DNA of 64,000 bases, taken from Rhizaria sp. SCN 62-66 (Eukaryota). A model generated the notes under the pieces. That model was not told the DNA's origin. It saw only the letters and a list, made by a program, of their open reading frames with translations, and did no database searches. Of this stretch, positions 10,422 through 23,500 are shown piece by piece (position 1 is the first letter of the stretch; every line of letters starts with the position of its first letter). The stretch covers positions 186,001-250,000 of the forward strand of contig MEDY01000009.1 of assembly GCA_001724265.1 (NCBI GenBank), given 5' to 3'. The translations under genes and the position numbers were made by a program.

Positions 10422-13327
10422 ATGCGTGTCGCAGCCCTCCATCCTCCCCCACCGTCCCCACTGACCAAGCGTGATGTCAGCTGTCGTGACAGAGACGAGC
10501 TCCAGCGTGACAATGCGGGCCCGTCGGCTCGCTCTCTGCGTCCTACCCTGACTTCGGCGCTCTACTCCGTCTCAGTGACAGTCCTGCTGCTGTCGCAGCT
10601 CGCCTCCTTCACGGCCGCCGCGTCCTCTCTCTCCGGCAGCAACAACGCGTACGCCTCCTCATCCGCGGACTCCAGCTCGATGTTGGCGCTCATGGGCACC
10701 GCGCCCCGCGACGCCGCGACCTCGGACGCCGGCGAGGAGGTTGCGTACACGTTCTTCGACTACGCCTCGCTGGCAGTCAAGTTCCTCTGGAACGTCTTTT
10801 ACGTCTGCGGCGCCTTCGTGCAATACTATCCTCAGTGGCGCGCCATCCGCCGCGGCGTCGGCACGGCCTTTTCGCCGCTTGTCTGCCTTATCCTGCTCAC
10901 GGCCAATATCACACGCATCTTCTACTACGTGGGCGAGCCGTTCGACCTGGTGCTGCTGTACCAGAGCATCGTCATGGTGCTCGTGCAACTGGTCGTGCTG
11001 CAGGCCGTTTGCGAGGACAAACTGCGCCGCATCACGGCCCGCGTTCACGGCGGCACTGCGCCCGCGCCCGGCGAGAGCGAGGACAACGAGAACGAGCTTG
11101 GAATCACGACCGGCAATGAGACCGAGGCCGAGCAGTCCGAGGCTGAGTATAATTCTAACAATAACAACAGCAGCAGCTCTATTGTTCATAGCACTGATGC
11201 CACGGCAACTCACGCCGCGGACGGCGCTGACCCCACTGCTGATGCTGCCACCGGCGCTGCGACTGGCGGCGTCTCCGGCACCCGCGGCCACACGACCCCG
11301 GGCGCCTCCGCCTCGGCCGCCGCCAAGGTCGCCGTCGCGATTGCGGCCGATGACCACGAGAGCTCCTCGGACGACGGCGGCGGCGGCATCGCGGCCGGCG
11401 GCGCCAGCTACCGCGCCCCGCGCCAGCCCCGGGTCATCGGTTCCGCGGCGGCCGCGGCGGCGGCGCTGGCGGTGTCTGCGCCGCGCCTGAAGCGCAACGC
11501 TAACAACGCCAGCGGTCACGGCGACTACAGCCACGACGACAACGGCCACACGGTCTCTGTCGCTCCGGCGGCGACTGCATCTGCTGCTGCGGCGGCGGGG
11601 GCGGGCGGGCGGAGCAAGGGCGGCTACGCTGAGTACGTGGACGAAGACAACAGCCACGACGACCGCAGCCAAGGCGGCGCCAAGCCGAGCGCGGTGCGTA
11701 GCGACGGCACTTTAAGCAACAACAGCAGCAATAGAAGCCTTGCATCTGCTGGTTCTAGCTCGAGAGTGACGAGCTCCCGCGGCTCGCAGCAGCCGCAGCC
11801 GCCGCAACACGTGATGTTGCACACGCGGTACCCGTCGTCGGCGCCGTCGTTCACGCAGTCGCTCATCGCGTGCTGCTTCCGCACGCGCGCGCACCTGCGC
11901 CGCGGCTTCAACCCCACCGCGGGCGACTCGGCCTCGGACGGGGTCATCTACGTCGACGCCCCCGGCGCGCACAACAACGATCACGCCCACACCAACAACA
12001 ACAACGCGAACAGCGGCATCGACGGCAACGATGACGACAATGACAACAACACGGAGCAGCGCACGCGCACGCGTATGCTGGCCGTGAGCGCCGTGGACGA
12101 CGGCGTGACGGACCCGCACAACCGCGGGCGCTACTACGTTCGGCCGCCGCTGACCATCTTCACCGGCGGCTGGCGCGGCATCACGGTCAACTTCTGGGCC
12201 TGGGAGCTCTACTCGAGCTACCTGCTGTTTTTGGTCTGCTTCACGTTGGTGCTCACTGTCTTCTCCGTCGCGCTGATGCGGTACGTGGCCTACGTGGTTG
12301 TGCTTGGCTACATTGCGCTCATGATCGAGGCCATGCTCGGCGTGCCGCAGGCCTACAAGAACTGCATCATCGGCACTCGCGGCCTGTCCGCCTTCCTCAT
12401 CTGGTCCTGGCTGCTGGGCGACATCGTAAAGACTGCGTTCTTCATCATGCTCGACGCGCCGATGCCATTTCTCGTCTGCGGCTCCTTCCAGGTCGCCGTC
12501 GACATCTTCATCATGCTACAAATCGCACGGGTATGTCTCTTTTTTATGCATCCAGCATTAACTATTTGTATAACTGAACAACCTTTTGACGCCTCTTGTT
12601 TTAATTATGTCTGACTGGGCATCGTTCATGTTTGTTTCATGACTCACGCCCTCTTCGATCTTTTTCTGTATCGATTCATTTTTAGGACCGTTTCCCCGAG
12701 GCCGCTCGCGAGCGTGCCGCGCTGGCTGCAGCGGCCGCAAACCTCAACCGCAACCAGCAGTCGGACGACGCAGAGGGGGGCGACCGCGAGCGGGGCCCGC
12801 TGGGCCCGGACGAGCAGCCCGAGGTGCAGCTGCCGCGCACGCCCACCATCCACAGCAACGGCAGCAGTGGCGGTGCCGCGGTGGTGGGTGGCGGGATTGC
12901 GCCCCGGTCGCTGTCGCGGCACAGCAGCAACAGCGGCGTCCGGCCTCTCCCCGCTACCACGCCCGCCCACGCGGCCGCGGCTGCGGCGGGTGCGACGACG
13001 CCGTCCAAGTCGGGGCGCAGCCTCAGCCTTAGAGCGCACGGCCACATCAGCGACGAGCCTGCAGCCAAGCCTGCCAAGACCAACAGCAGCGGCAGCGGCA
13101 GCGGCAGCGGTGTCGCCGTGGAGGCGATCGACATGGACTCCGGGGACGTCGAGGAGGGTTTCGCCGCTCTGGCAACCGTGGCCGCCGTCGCCAATACGAG
13201 TTAGGCGCGGGGCACGGCCGCCGACGCTGCTGTGCACGCTGCGCACTCCACGGAGGCGATTGTCGATGCCACAGCGTCTTTGCATGATGTGGGCATTGTG
13301 AGTGGTGAAAACATCGGTGAGGTTTGA
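10422..13327 (+). CDS. PQLC1: PQ-loop membrane protein, SLC66A2/PQLC1-like; exons 10422-12530 and 12686-13327 (13204 if TAG is read as stop)
   Basis: Two PQ repeats: YYPQW...FSPLVCLILLTANITRIF...LLYQS and EAMLGVPQAYKN...WLLGDIVKTAFF...PMPFLVCGSFQVAVD. Intron 12531-12685 (GTATGT...TTTAG). In-frame TAG 13202-13204 is followed by 40 more sense codons to TGA 13325-13327. Start codon inferred. Confidence 0.85.
12531..12685 (+). other. Spliceosomal intron (155 bp) in the PQ-loop gene
   Basis: GTATGT...TTTTTTAG, AT-rich, frame preserved. Confidence 0.85.
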
Positions 13328-13813
13328 GATGAATCTTTTGATAGATGATGCAATTAGTCATTAATGTGATGTTGATCTTTTGCTTGAGACACAGTTGGGC
13401 CATGCTAAAACTACTGCAATATGAATCACACATAGAATGCAAGCACGGCACGAGTAGAAATTATGTGATTTAGTGTGTAGTGAGACTGAGGGATCGGTCA
13501 AGATTCTTGTCGTATATTATGTACTTCCTAGCTAGATGTAGCAATAAAGTATATATTAGTGTGTTATTTATCACATGTACCGTCTTCACAGCCATCGATA
13601 GTGTGAAATTGTTACGAGTGGTCACTTACACTCGTTTCGTGGCTGTCAGTTGTTAACCTGGCACCTTTCAATCTCGAAGCATTGTGAACAGTAATTGCAC
13701 TATTGCATGGTATAGTTAATGTATCATATTAAATGCGCAATGTATGACCCTATACTATTGTGGCTAACCTATTGACGATAAAAACATTGCTTCATGTCTA
13801 TTTTTAGGCGCGG

Positions 13814-15588
13814 ATGGATCCCAACGCACCAGAGCCTACCTACGGTCCTTCAACACCAGTTCCTGGATCCCAGTCTGCTCCGCTCGATCCCTCCGAGAGC
13901 AGCAACAGTAGCGCGCATCCAATTTCTATTCCCCTGCCGTCGGGCGTCAACCTGGCGAGCCAGCTGGAGGCGGAGGAGCTCGACGCGGACCTTATCTCGC
14001 TGCTCACCCAGCAGACCTCGTCCATATTCCGCTACTTCGCCCCGCAGACAGCCACGGCGTATACGCCAGAGATCGAGCTTGCGCTGCGCGCGCTTGTCTA
14101 CCGTCACTGCACCGCTGCGGGCGCCGCCACACCCGGCGCCGCGCTGCAGGGGCTAGTGCTGCGCCGCGCGGCCCACGGGCCCTCGCCACTGCAGGCGCTG
14201 TTCTCGGCGCTCGCGGCCGCGCCCACTACGATCGCGTCGCTGCTGTCCTCCGCGTCGACGCAAAACAAGCGCAAAGCAGGGTCTGTGTCCTCATTGTCAG
14301 GCTTTGCAGCGTTCGCAGCTGAAGCGCGCGCCGGCGAGGGCAGCGCAACGGGTCTCGGGTCACAGAGTCAGAACCAGGACTCTGGCCTCGGGCTCGGTCA
14401 GTCCTCGTCGTCGCATGTGGCCTCTGGCTGGGACCCTGCGCAGCTGTACGGCCCCGGCGCCGACACCTCGCCCTTTCCGGCCCTCACGACCTCCGACAGG
14501 CGCCTCTACGTCCTACTCTGCCTGCTCCTGCCCTGGGCTCTGCAACGCTGGCGACTGTTCCTGTCCTCCGCGCTCTGGGGCGCCGCGCCGCCCTCGTCGC
14601 TGCGCGCTCGCCTCTACGTGCTCACCGAGCGGCTCACACTGCTGCTGCGCGTCGCCGCCGTGGCGAACGCGTTGGTGTTCCTCCGCTCCGGCCGCTTCGT
14701 CTCGCTCGCGCACCGCGCTCTGGGCCTGCGGCTGTCATGGGCCGCGCCCAGGGCTGCCGGGCGCGCGCTCGCCTTTGACGTCCTCACACAGGTACGTGTC
14801 TGCAGTATCTCGAATCGCAATGGCAACTCTTCAATAACGAGTGTTTGACTGGATAGATCGTCTCGCTTCAAACTATTGCAACTGACTATCTCAGGCTCCG
14901 TACCTCGCTTCACGTGTGTTTTGTATCTATCTCACACATCAACCCAACACCATATCTCATCATGCTCGCTCTCTCCCATGCATTGCCTCTCTCTATACGT
15001 GTCTTGCTATCCCAGGAGCTCCTCTGGCGCGGCATGCTCGAGTGCACGATGGATCTGGCCCCAGTCGCCGTGACCGCGGGCCGCTGGCTCTGGCGCGGCA
15101 CCGTCACCGCCGCCGCCAAGCTCTGGTACGGCGTGTTTGCGCCCCCGGTCTCCGCCGGTGCAGCAACGACAACGCAGAGCAACAGCGGCGGCAAGAGCAG
15201 TGCGATTGGCTGTGCGACTGTCTCCGTTGGCTCAGGCTGGGAAGGGGACTCAGTGCCGCTAACGGGCTCTAGCGCACACAGCAACAGCTCAAGCTCGACC
15301 GACGGCACGCCGACAGCGACTGCGCCCGCGACGGTGACGGTGACTGCGGCACGCATCGCGGGCGGCGCCTGCGTCGCGTGCTCCGCCCCAGCCGCAGCGG
15401 CGCCGTATCTCGCGCTGCCCTGCCGCCACGTCTACTGCTACTACTGCCTCCGCGCGCGCAGGGTTGCCGCGGCGCGCGCGGCCGCCAGCGCCACGGGCGC
15501 GGGGGCCCAGAACGCGCCACTGGACTGTGTGCGGTGCGGCGCCGCGGTCGAGGCCGTCGCACCGGCGGTTGCTGTGCAGTTTAAGTAA
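13814..15588 (+). CDS. PEX2: Peroxin 2 (RING peroxin); exons 13814-14791 and 15016-15588
   Basis: Pex2-type motifs QLEAEELDADL, ATPGAALQGL, NALVFLRSGRFVSLAHR and spliced FDVLTQ|ELLWRG. C3HC4 RING CVAC...PCRHVYCYYC...CVRC. Intron 14792-15015 (GTACGT...CCCAG). Ends TAA. Confidence 0.88.
14792..15015 (+). other. Spliceosomal intron (224 bp) in PEX2
   Basis: GTACGT...CCCAG; removal restores the TQ|ELLW motif. Confidence 0.88.
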
Positions 15589-15838
15589 GCGGGGATATCT
15601 CGCTTAATTAGTTACATAACTCAATATTTTTAATGAATACATGTATCATACATTTGATTAATCCATAAGAGTGCATTTTTAATCGACCTCATTAAATTCC
15701 TGCTGTTGACTAATAAGGAAACATGTGCCACCACGAAAGAATCTTCAGAGGCGCGATGCGACTGCGGGCCGAAGGGAGACGAGAACGAAAGTTTCGTTTG
15801 AGTGTTTGTTGTCTATGAATCGTCTGATCGCACGAAAG

Positions 15839-17284
15839 ATGTCTCTTGCGGTTTGCCAGCTCCCGGGCCAACAGTATCTTAAATCATGCACTGCTAAGGT
15901 TGTCTCTTGCGTGCCTATCGCTGAGCCCACCGCGGCTGAGCAGTCGAACAAAAAGGCCAAGAAGCCTGCTGCTACTCCGGCTGCCGAGACCGACGCCAAC
16001 GTCGTTCTGCCCAAGTTTCACATCATCCTCTCCGAGACCGTTCTTTTCCCCGAAGGCGGCGGTCAGCCCTTCGACACCGGTGTCCTCGCCCTTGCCGGCG
16101 ATGCCGCTGCTACCCCGGAGGCCGACGGTGCGACGAACTCCTCGACAACTGTGCTCAACGTCCAGCGCGAGAACGGCGACGTGGTGCACTACACGACATC
16201 GGCGCTGCCCGTGGGCGCCGACGTCACGGTGACAGTCGACTGGGCGCGCCGCTTCGACCACATGCAGCAGCATTCTGCGCAGCACCTCATCAGCGCCGTC
16301 TTCCGCCGCGACCTGGCCGCGCCGACGAGCAGCTGGTCCATGGCCAAGTTCCCCGAGCAGAGCTACATCGACGTCGAGCTCGATCCCGCCGCGGCGACCC
16401 CGGCCGCGATCGCCGTCGCCGAGGACACGGTGAACGCGATGATCCAGGAGGGCGTGCCGCTGAGCATCCACGTCTACCCCTCGGCCGCGGCGGCCGCGGA
16501 GGCGCCCGAGTACAAGCAGGCGTGCGCCGAGGGCAAGGCCAAGGCCTTCCCGCCCGGGCTCGTCGGTCCCGCGCGCTGTGTCGAGATTGCGGGGCTCGAG
16601 TTCAACACGTGCTGCGGCACGCACGTGCCCGCGCTGTCGCACCTGGGCGCAGTCGCCATTACGCGCACCGAGCGCGCCAAGCTCGGCGGCGGCAAGGCCG
16701 GCACGCGCCTCTGGTTCGCGGCTGGCCGCCGCCTCACGCAGGGCTTTTCGGCGCTGTCTGCGGGGCAGCTGGCGATGACGAAGCTGCTGCAGGCGCCCGC
16801 CGAGGAGCACGTCGCCGCCGTCGAGCGCGTCATGGCCACGGCTCGCGCGCGCGCCACCGAGGCCGAGACACTGCGCACGCGCCTTGCGGGCATGACCGTG
16901 GCGGCCGCGCTGAGCAAGGCCAAGGCGGCGGATGAGAAGGTCGTGTTCGTGCACGAGGATGCCGAGGCCGCTGCCGACAGTAAGACGCTCGCGCTGCTGC
17001 AGTACGCCTTCCAAGCCGAGACCGCGGCCGGCGCCGGCGCGACGACCGACGCCGAGGGCCGCGTGCTCGTCGCCACGGCCGCGCTGCCCGGCCCCGGCGA
17101 CGAGGCCCACGCGGGCGCGTTCGTAGTCGCCGGCGCGGACGCCGCCGCCGTGACCAAGATCGGCGCCGCCGTGGCCACGCTACTCGAGGGTCGCGGCGGC
17201 GGCCGGCCCGGCGTGTACCAGGGCAAGGCCACGCGCATGGACAAGGTCGGCGCCGTTAAGGAGACCGTCGCCGCCGTGCTTTAA
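15839..17284 (+). CDS. AARSD1: Alanyl-tRNA editing protein (AlaX/AARSD1 family)
   Basis: TVLFPEGGGQPFD, DWARRFDHMQQHSAQHLISA (HxxxH), CCGTH (CxxxH) and C-terminal LEGRGGG...YQGK. ATG 15839, TAA 17282-17284. Confidence 0.9.
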   Translation: MSLAVCQLPGQQYLKSCTAKVVSCVPIAEPTAAEQSNKKAKKPAATPAAETDANVVLPKFHIILSETVLFPEGGGQPFDTGVLALAGDAAATPEADGATNSSTTVLNVQRENGDVVHYTTSALPVGADVTVTVDWARRFDHMQQHSAQHLISAVFRRDLAAPTSSWSMAKFPEQSYIDVELDPAAATPAAIAVAEDTVNAMIQEGVPLSIHVYPSAAAAAEAPEYKQACAEGKAKAFPPGLVGPARCVEIAGLEFNTCCGTHVPALSHLGAVAITRTERAKLGGGKAGTRLWFAAGRRLTQGFSALSAGQLAMTKLLQAPAEEHVAAVERVMATARARATEAETLRTRLAGMTVAAALSKAKAADEKVVFVHEDAEAAADSKTLALLQYAFQAETAAGAGATTDAEGRVLVATAALPGPGDEAHAGAFVVAGADAAAVTKIGAAVATLLEGRGGGRPGVYQGKATRMDKVGAVKETVAAVL

Positions 17285-17545
17285 GCGCATGTTGGGCGTT
17301 GGAAACAAGCAAAGTTGAATGGCCAGTAAGGTTACTAACTGAAATACCGAATACAAAAATGCTTTTTAGTTCAGCGAATACTGTTTTTTAATATGGATGT
17401 GTACATGTGTGTATTGTAACGGTACTCAACTACTAAATGACAAAAGTGGATACTAAAATAAACTCTCTAAAAAACCTCAACTCTCTAGGATTGGAAGCAA
17501 CATCTTTGCACCCTAAGCAACATCTTGGCGCCCTGGATACACTGC

Positions 17546-20500
17546 TTACTTGCTGGGGTCGTATTGGTGCTCAAGCTTGACCGGCTCGGCGCCCGACGGC
17601 CTGCGCAGTCGCTCGGCCTGCCCGGTCAGCGGCGCGCGATGCACGCCGTCGCGCATCAGCGCCACCACGGGGTGCGCGTGGCCCTCGCGCCCCGACTGGT
17701 CCGCGCACAGCCGGCCCTGCAGCTTGCGGCCGCGCTCGTCCCAGCCGTCGCTGTTGGTCATGATGTCAGCGCCGTAGTCGATCGGGGTCGTCACGCCCGC
17801 CGCAGGCAGCACGTGCGACAGCAGCTGCAGCATCGAGCCGCTGTGCCCGATCGGCCGCGCCTGGCGCATCACGGGCGACGCGCTGGGCAGCAGCCCGCGG
17901 CCCGCGGGCAGGCGCGGTCTGTCGGCCGCGCTCGCGTTCGCAGCGACCGCGCCGGGCACGGGAGGCGCGCCCGTGGTGACCGAGTCCGTCCGCGCCTGTC
18001 CCATCGTCAGCGGGTCGTTGGCGCGGTAGGTGCGGATCACGCGCGTGATGCCGGAGCGTCTCGACCGCGCCGGCGACTGCGCCGTCACACCGGAGGACTC
18101 GCCGTCGGCGGCGGCGGAGTCGGCGTCGCTAGTATACGAGATGACCTCGGGGCGCTGCGACATGCGGCCGATGTGGAAGGGCTCCTCCGCGATCGGCGGC
18201 GGCGGGATGATGTTCGAGCTCATCACGCGCAACGGCGCCGCAAGCGCCGCAGACAGCGCCGCCGCCACGACCGCGGGGTCGTCCGAGAGCCGGTGGCCGT
18301 ACGCGGGCACGATAGAGACGCTGGAGTCGTCCGACTGGTGGTATTGCCGCTGCTGCTGAGGGGACAGAGGCGGCGTGCCGTAGGCGTCGCCCGAAGCCGT
18401 GCTGTGCTGTGGCAGCGCGGGGACGCGCGCGGTGCGCATGGCCTCCGCGCTCTCGACGCCGAACGGGGGCGCGGCGGCGGAGCTATTGTGGTGTTGCGTC
18501 AAGTGCGACGGCACGTACTGCGCGCCGTGGCCGCTGGTGTGGCCGTGGCTGTCGGCGGACCGGCGCGCGGGCGCCATGTGCGCGTTCATCGGATGCAATC
18601 CCGAGGCCAGCGCAGCGTCCTCGGCCCAGTCGCCCGCGGCGGCGTCCGCGCGGCGCAGCGGGTGCCCGCGCGTGGTGCCAAACGTGTTGACGCGGCCGCG
18701 GTGCGCGTGCGCGGCGGCCGCGGCGGCTGTGGCGACGTAGGCCGAGCCGACGAGGTAGTCCTGCCCGTCGTAGGGGTTGGTGTGGACCGCGCCCTCGGTG
18801 TGCGCGCCGTACACCTGGCTCGTGCGGAACGGCTGAAACGCGTCGAACTCGTGGTCGTGCCCGGCCGGAGACTGGTCGCGAGGGATGCCGGACCGGCGCT
18901 GCTTCTGCTGCTGCTCATGCTGATGATCACGTTCATAGTGATCATTGTGAGCGTCATAGCGACCCTGATCGCCATATTCGTAGCCGTGATCGTTGTGGTG
19001 GTGATAGCGCTCAGCATCGGCGCTGTAGCCGTGGCCTCTCTCGTGGTGGTCGGCGTAGTCGTCGGGGGGGCCGCCGCTGTGCGCGTTGTTGTACGCGGAC
19101 TGATCGTACTGCTGATGATCATAGTGCGGATCCTCCTCGTACCCGTTGTTGTCGCCGCCGCTATGACCGTAGTCGCCGCCGTCGTGGCTGTGCGCATCGG
19201 CAGCAGCGGAGTCGCAGGCGCCGTTGTCGTCGGCGTCCTTTTGGTCAGCGTCACCGACAGCGGGAGCAGATGCAACGGTGGTGGCAAACGCAATGCTTTC
19301 AGACAGGCCATCCTGCTGTTGCTGCTGTTGCTGCTGTTGCGGCTGGCGAGTCTGACTGCCGCGCGCCGGCGTCAGCACGCGCGCGTGCTGCTGTGGCTGT
19401 CCCGGCTGCCTCTGGCCGGCGCCGGCCGCAGCAGACGCAGCGGCGGCCGCGGCAAGCGCCTGCTTGCGCGCGTCGCGCTCCGCCCGCGCCTCGCGCCGCC
19501 GCTGCTCGGCGACCACCATGGGGTGCTCCTTGACCGGCCCGGCGTGCGCATGCGCGTTGCGCATTGTCGTGGAGAAGCGTTGCTCCGCGGTCGTGGCCGC
19601 AGCGTCGCTCGGCCACTCGACGGGGCTCTGCGAATCGAAGTAAAGTCGCCTGTGCTGGTCGCACACCTGCTTCTGTTTGCGCTGGTTCGCAGTCGCCGTC
19701 AGGGCCGCTAAGTCGCCACCGGTCGCCTCCGCCTCTGCAGCCCGCTGCGCTGCCAGGGACAGCGCGCCCTCGTGGTCCATCGCGGCCTTGACCTGGACCG
19801 ACGAGGCGCGCAGTACGTCGACGCCTAGGCCCAGCACGCCCTCGCCCGCGGCCGCGGCCGCGGCGGCCACGGCCTCGGCGGCAGCGGCGCGCTCGCGCTT
19901 GGTCTTGGCCGCCGCGAAGGCCGTCGCGCCGTGGATCTTGGGCGAGTAGAACACCGGCTGGTCGCGCCCGGCGTAGTCGAGCCGCGGCGCGATGGCCGGC
20001 AGCGGCCGCCGCTGGTCGAAGCCCACCGCAGCGCGAACGCGCGGGTCCATGTTCGACGCGGGTGGTGCGTGGGGCGACGCCGCGGCGGCCGCGGCGGCGG
20101 CGCGGTGCGCGAAGAGCGTGGGCGGGCCCTTAGACAGTAGGTCCTCGACGCGACGGCGCTGCAGGGCCTCCGCGCGGTCGCCGCGGTAGGTCCGCGAGTC
20201 AATGATCAGCGGCGAGCCCAGCGGCGTCATCGCGCGCGCCGACACCGGCACCGAGCTCACGCCCGTGGTGCCAGTCGCGCCGGCGCGGGCGGACGGGTCG
20301 CGGCGGCGGCGCTGCGAGGGCATCGTCGCCGTCAGCGCGTTGTCTGTCGCGTACTGCGCTTGCCCGTCGCCGTTGTGACAGCTGAGATTGGCGTTGGTGG
20401 GCGTGCGCGGCGTGGCGTGGCGCGAGCGCTGGCGCGGGCGCGGCGTGAGCATGCCGGTGCCCGACTCGTGCAGCACCGTGTTGATGAGCGAGTAGCGGTT

Positions 20501-23500
20501 CCCCACGGCCTTGCGGTAGGCCGCCTTGCTCAGCGCGTCGCCCTGCATCGCGTCGCTGCGCGGGCCGAATGCCGCCACCGCAGTCGTCGCGGACGCGGGC
20601 GCCGCGCTGGCGTCGGCGTCGTCGAGCTGAGACGCGCCGGTGCAGTCCTCGGTGCTGAAATTGCTGTTGGCAGACGCAGCCGTGGTGTTGAGCCGCGCGC
20701 CGTCCACGGTGGCGGCGTAGCTGCCAGCGCGGTGCGCGGCGAGCGGCGTCTGCCCGGTCGCGGTGCGGTAGAAAGACAGACTTGCCGCGGCCGTGGCGGC
20801 GACGGCGGCGGGCACGTCGGGCATCGGGATGCTGTCGTTCAGGTGCGAGAACAGCCGGTGCGCGGCCCCCGCCCCCGCGGAGGCCGGCGTGGCCGGGTGC
20901 GAGGGCGCGTGGCGGGAGTGCGGCGTGCGCGGCGCGGCCGCCGAGGCGGGGTCCGCGCCGGGGCCGGAGGCGTGGTAGCGCATGTCCGCGTCCTTGTCCT
21001 CGTGCTCGGATGAGTTGCTGCCATACGACTGCTGCTGCTGATACTGCTGCTGCTGCTGTTGGTAGTAGTCGTAGTACTGCTGCTCCTGGTCGTCGTCGTT
21101 GCCGTCGCCATATTGCTGCTGCTGATACTGCTGCTGTTGTTGCTGTTGCTGCTGCTGATACTGCTGGTATTGCTGGTATTGTTCTTCGTCGTCATCATCG
21201 GGATACTGGCCTTGCTCGTTGTCGTAGTACGGCGTGCGCTGCAGCTGCTGTTGCTGCTGCTGGTGCCGCTGTTCATAGTCGCCCTCGCCGTCGCCGTCGC
21301 CGTCGGTGGTGTACTGCTGGCCTTGCTCGTCGACCTCACCGAACGGCCGCTGCGGCGCCTGCTGAGGGCCGCGGCGCCGGCCGGCGGCGCTGCCGTGGGG
21401 GCTGAAATATGGGTGCTTACGATGGTTGAAGTAGCCGTCCTCGTCGTCGAAGTCTTGGCGACTCTGATCTGGGTCCTGCTCCTGGCCGTCTGCGTGCTGT
21501 TGCTGCGCGTAATCGCCCTCGTAACCGCAGTCGTAGTCGTCGCCCTCGTCGCCGGCGTCGGCAAAGTCGTAGCCGTTGGCGGCATCGTTGGCGTCGTCGA
21601 CATTCACCACGTCATCGCCTTGACGACCGAGGCCGCCGTCGTCGATGTCATTGTACTCCTCGGTGACGCTCGTAGCAGCCGCTGCAGCCACCGCGGCCGC
21701 GAGCGCGGTAGGCGCGCCCTCCGCCCGCGCCCGCAGCGGCCCGCGCTGCTTGCAGTTGCTCTCCAGCGCAGTGCCATCGCCCGCCGTGGCAGCCGCGGCC
21801 TCAGCCCCAGCCCCAGCCTCAGCCTCGGCCTCAGCCCCGGTCCCGGGCACAGGCACGGCGTGGGAGCTGCTCGACGGGCTCTGGCTCTGGCTCGCGCTGG
21901 CGCTCACGCTGGCGCTCGCGCTAATGTCGGCCAGCGGGCTCGGCTGCGGGCTCACCGTCACCGCGTCAGCCTCCAGCTCGCTCACGGTCGGCGGCTTGAC
22001 TGTCCTCTCCTTGGCGGGCTTGACTTCGATGCCGAGCTCCTCGGGCAGGATGTCGAGCTCGGCGGCAAGCCGGATCAGGTACGACTCGCCGTCAAGGGAG
22101 TCGTCGCTCTCGTCCGCGTCTTTGGCTGCGCTCGCAGTAGAAGAGGGGCTCGCGCTCGTTTGTTGCTGTTGTTTCTGCTCGCCAGGCTCTTGTTGCTGTT
22201 GCTGCTGCTGCTGTTGCTGCTGCTGTTGCTGTTGCTGCTGCTGCTTCTCAAGCTCGGCGAGCTGCTCGGCCTTGCGTTCTCGTTCCTGCTCCTGCCGCTG
22301 CTGCTCGAGCTCCCGCTATTGCAGCTGCCGCTCGCGCTCCTGCTGGTGCTGCTGCGCCGCGCGCTTGGCAGCAACAAGGACGCTCACCTCGGCCTCGATG
22401 CGGCTGCGCTCCAGCGCCACCTCCTCGGCCGTCATGTTCAGGTCGGCGAACGCCCCACTCACGTCGCCGGTAAAGCTGGCGTTGCGGGCGTCGTTCGCGC
22501 CCGAGCCGGCGTTGAGGCTGGCGTTGAGGCTGGCGTTGATGCTGGCGGCGAGCGCGGCGGCGGGCACGGCGGCGGCGGTGCGCGGGGACTGCGCCGGCGA
22601 GGGCGCGAAGAACTCGGGTGACGGCGACGGCGACGGCTGCTTGAACTGCTCCTGTCGCATCTGCTGCTGTTGCTGTTGTTGCGGCGGCTGCTGACGATAA
22701 TCGCCACTGGTGGCGCCGCTGTGGCTCCCGGTGCGGGTCTGTGAGGCTGCGCGCGAGAGCGCGGGCGAGGCCGCGGGTGACGGGGTCGGAGGCGCGGAGG
22801 GCACCGTGAAGGGCAGCGAGGCGGCGGGAATGGCGTGGCTGCGGGCCTGGGAGGTGGCCTGAACAACGCTCGGCACAGGCTGCTGCCGCTGCTGCTGTTG
22901 CTGCTGCTGTTGCTGCTGCTGCAGTTGAGAGAGGGCCTTGGGGGAGCTGACGGCAGGACTTGCCCCCGTGTGGTGCTGATTGTTGTACCGAGGCTGAGGC
23001 TGAGGCTGAGGCTGCTGCTGTTGCTGCTGCTGTTGATGCAGCTGCTGCTGCTGCAGACGGGGATGCTGCATCAGGGCGGGCTGGGTGCGGACGCGGTCAT
23101 ACGCGGCGACTGTGGCCGGTGACGGCATCACGGCAGGAGGCGCGCGCTGGCCAGCCTGCTGCTGCTGTTGTTGCTGCTGGTGGTGACCAGGCTGATACTG
23201 CGGACGCTGACCATACTGGTAATCACCGTAGTCTTGGTCATGCCCGTTCTCATAGCCCTGCTGATACGGCGACTGCTGTTGTTGCTGCTGCTTCTGGTAA
23301 TGATGTTGTTGGCTGTGGTGGTGCTGCTGCGGCGTGTATGGCGTCGCGGGGCCCTGGGTCTGACTGTAGCCGTGGCCGGGAGCGTGGCGTTGAGGCTGCT
23401 GCTGCTGCTGCTGGAAGTATTGCTGCTGTTGAGGCTGGTGGCTGGCAGGGCTGTCGGAGTAGTAGCCTCCGTAGCCGTCATAGCCGTGGTCGTTGTCATT

